DNA of 816 bases from Escherichia coli (GTDB lineage: Bacteria; Pseudomonadota; Gammaproteobacteria; Enterobacterales; Enterobacteriaceae): NCBI RefSeq assembly GCF_003334785.1, contig NZ_QOWV01000071.1, one strand, 5' to 3'. This document shows positions 1 through 816 of this stretch, piece after piece (the first letter of the stretch is position 1; each line of letters opens with the position of its first letter). The notes below the pieces were generated by a model, which saw only the letters and a list, made by a program, of their open reading frames with translations, was not told where the DNA came from and did not search any database. Made by a program: the position numbers and the translations under genes.

Positions 1-17
1 CTCCTTCTAAATTAGAC

Positions 18-21
18 GGAG
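18..21 (+). promoter_or_regulatory. Putative Shine-Dalgarno (GGAG) for tnpA
   Basis: GGAG at 18-21 lies 8 nt upstream of ATG at 30 and 5 nt upstream of the alternative TTG at 27. Confidence 0.45.
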
Positions 22-29
22 TTCTATTG

Positions 30-464
30 ATGGATAAACCTACAGACTGGCGCTCCGGAACCCGCCGGATATTTTCTAATGAATTTAAACTTCATATGGT
101 TGAACTGGCTTCGAAACCAAATGCCAATGTTGCACAACTGGCCCGGGAACATGGCGTTGATAACAACCTGATTTTTAAATGGCTACGCCTCTGGCAAAGA
201 GAAGGACGTATTTCTCGTAGAATGCCTCCAACTATTGTAGGCCCTACAGTATCACAATCTTTTCCGGCCTCTCCGACTCTGGTTCCAGTGGAACTTATCG
301 ACACCCCGCGCTGTGCTACAGATGCTCCTGCTCCGGGGGCATTATCAGTTGCTTGTGCAGCTTCCTGCCATGTGGAATTCCATTACGGTAAAATGATGCT
401 GGAAAATCCTTCACCAGAGCTGCTCACGGTGTTGATCCGTGAGCTGACCGGGAGGGGACGATGA
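30..464 (+). CDS. tnpA: IS66-family accessory protein OrfA/TnpA, a small helix-turn-helix protein
   Basis: ORF track gives 27..464 from a TTG; I prefer the ATG at 30 because of its spacing from GGAG at 18-21. A predicted HTH segment (NVAQLAREHGVDNNLIFKWLRLW, about nt 123-190) resembles transposase-type HTH domains. The gene sits immediately upstream of, and overlaps, the IS66 Orf2-like gene, and its size (~145 aa) fits IS66 orfA. The reading frame stays open back to base 3, so a start upstream of the window cannot be excluded. Confidence 0.8.
   Translation: MDKPTDWRSGTRRIFSNEFKLHMVELASKPNANVAQLAREHGVDNNLIFKWLRLWQREGRISRRMPPTIVGPTVSQSFPASPTLVPVELIDTPRCATDAPAPGALSVACAASCHVEFHYGKMMLENPSPELLTVLIRELTGRGR
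450..457 (+). promoter_or_regulatory. Shine-Dalgarno (GGGAGGGG) for tnpB, embedded in the 3' end of tnpA
   Basis: Purine-rich GGGAGGGG at 450-457 lies 3-5 nt upstream of the tnpB ATG at 461. The tnpA stop TGA (462-464) overlaps that ATG as ATGA, the classic arrangement for translational coupling. Confidence 0.6.
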
Positions 465-811
465 TTTCACTCCCATCAGGTACCCGTATCTGGCTCGTTG
501 CCGGCGTTACTGATATGCGTAAATCCTTCAATGGTCTGGGGGAGCAGATACAGCATGTGCTGGATGATAACCCCTTCTCCGGTCACCTGTTTATCTTCCG
601 TGGCCGACGGGGAGACACGATTAAAATCCTGTGGGCTGATGCTGATGGTCTGTGCCTGTTCACCAAACGCCTTGAGGAAGGTCAGTTTATCTGGCCTGCG
701 GTGCGTGACGGTAAGATATCCATTACCCGCTCGCAACTGGCAATGCTCCTCGATAAGCTGGACTGGCGTCAGCCAAAAACATCCCGCCTTAACGCACTGA
801 CAATGTTGTAA
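461..811 (+). CDS. tnpB: IS66-family accessory protein OrfB/TnpB (IS66 Orf2-like; unrelated to the IS200/IS605 RNA-guided TnpB)
   Basis: Complete 116-aa ORF with ATG at 461 and TAA at 809-811. Motifs characteristic of IS66 Orf2-like proteins are recognised from memory: N-terminal IWLVAGVTDMRKSFNGL, central GHLFIFRGRRGDTIKILWADADGLCLFTKRLEEGQF, and C-terminal SITRSQLAMLLDKLDW. A strong SD precedes it and it overlaps the upstream gene by 4 bp. Confidence 0.9.
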   Translation: MISLPSGTRIWLVAGVTDMRKSFNGLGEQIQHVLDDNPFSGHLFIFRGRRGDTIKILWADADGLCLFTKRLEEGQFIWPAVRDGKISITRSQLAMLLDKLDWRQPKTSRLNALTML

Positions 812-816
812 AAAAC

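Larger units (their letters stand above)
1..816 (+). mobile_element. Partial IS66-family insertion sequence (internal fragment with the tnpA-tnpB part of the operon); both element ends lie outside the window
   Basis: Two small co-directional ORFs with a 4-bp ATGA overlap match the IS66 orfA/orfB arrangement. The orfB product (MISLPSGTRIWLVAGVTDMRKSFNGLGEQ...GDTIKILWADADGLCLFTKRLEEGQFIWP...) is recognisable from memory as an IS66 Orf2-like protein. No terminal inverted repeat is identifiable in bases 1-26. The window ends 5 nt after the orfB stop, so tnpC is not present. Confidence 0.85.

Noticed and set aside
7-13. Possible -10-like hexamer (CTAAAT/TAAATT) upstream of tnpA
   Set aside because: A weak match to TATAAT, no -35 partner can be assessed within the window, and it lies too close to the SD. 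The IS66 promoter is expected further upstream, in or near the left end outside this window.
92-304. Minus-strand 70-aa ORF antisense to tnpA
   Set aside because: An antisense ORF overlapping the HTH-encoding part of tnpA, with a low-complexity product and no support for independent coding.
476-736. Minus-strand 86-aa ORF antisense to tnpB
   Set aside because: An antisense shadow ORF with no evident RBS context and no recognisable motifs; the plus-strand frame carries the IS66 Orf2-like signature.
498-800. Plus-strand 100-aa ORF in an alternate frame, fully inside tnpB
   Set aside because: It is entirely embedded in the well-supported tnpB frame and its product has no recognisable features, so it is best explained as a chance open frame in coding sequence.
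1-816. Possibility that the window encodes a novel defence or other undescribed system
   Set aside because: Both substantial ORFs are accounted for by canonical IS66 accessory genes with typical organisation, and no additional ORFs, repeats or RNA-like structures remain unexplained.
805-816. Possible terminator after tnpB
   Set aside because: No GC-rich hairpin or U-tract is present in the few bases available, and in IS66 the downstream gene is normally co-transcribed, so no terminator is expected here.

Overview
The whole 816-bp window is an internal fragment of an IS66-family insertion sequence, of the kind common in Enterobacteriaceae (ISEc8/IS682-like is my recollection, not a search result). 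It carries two co-directional plus-strand genes: the small HTH accessory protein (orfA/tnpA, about 30..464) and the IS66 Orf2-type accessory protein (orfB/tnpB, 461..811), joined by a 4-bp ATGA stop/start overlap. No terminal inverted repeat is visible, and the window ends 5 bp after the tnpB stop, before the expected large transposase gene tnpC. I see no evidence for a novel system here; the sequence is fully explained by the first two genes of an IS66 operon. The remaining six-frame ORFs are alternate-frame or antisense shadows of these two genes.
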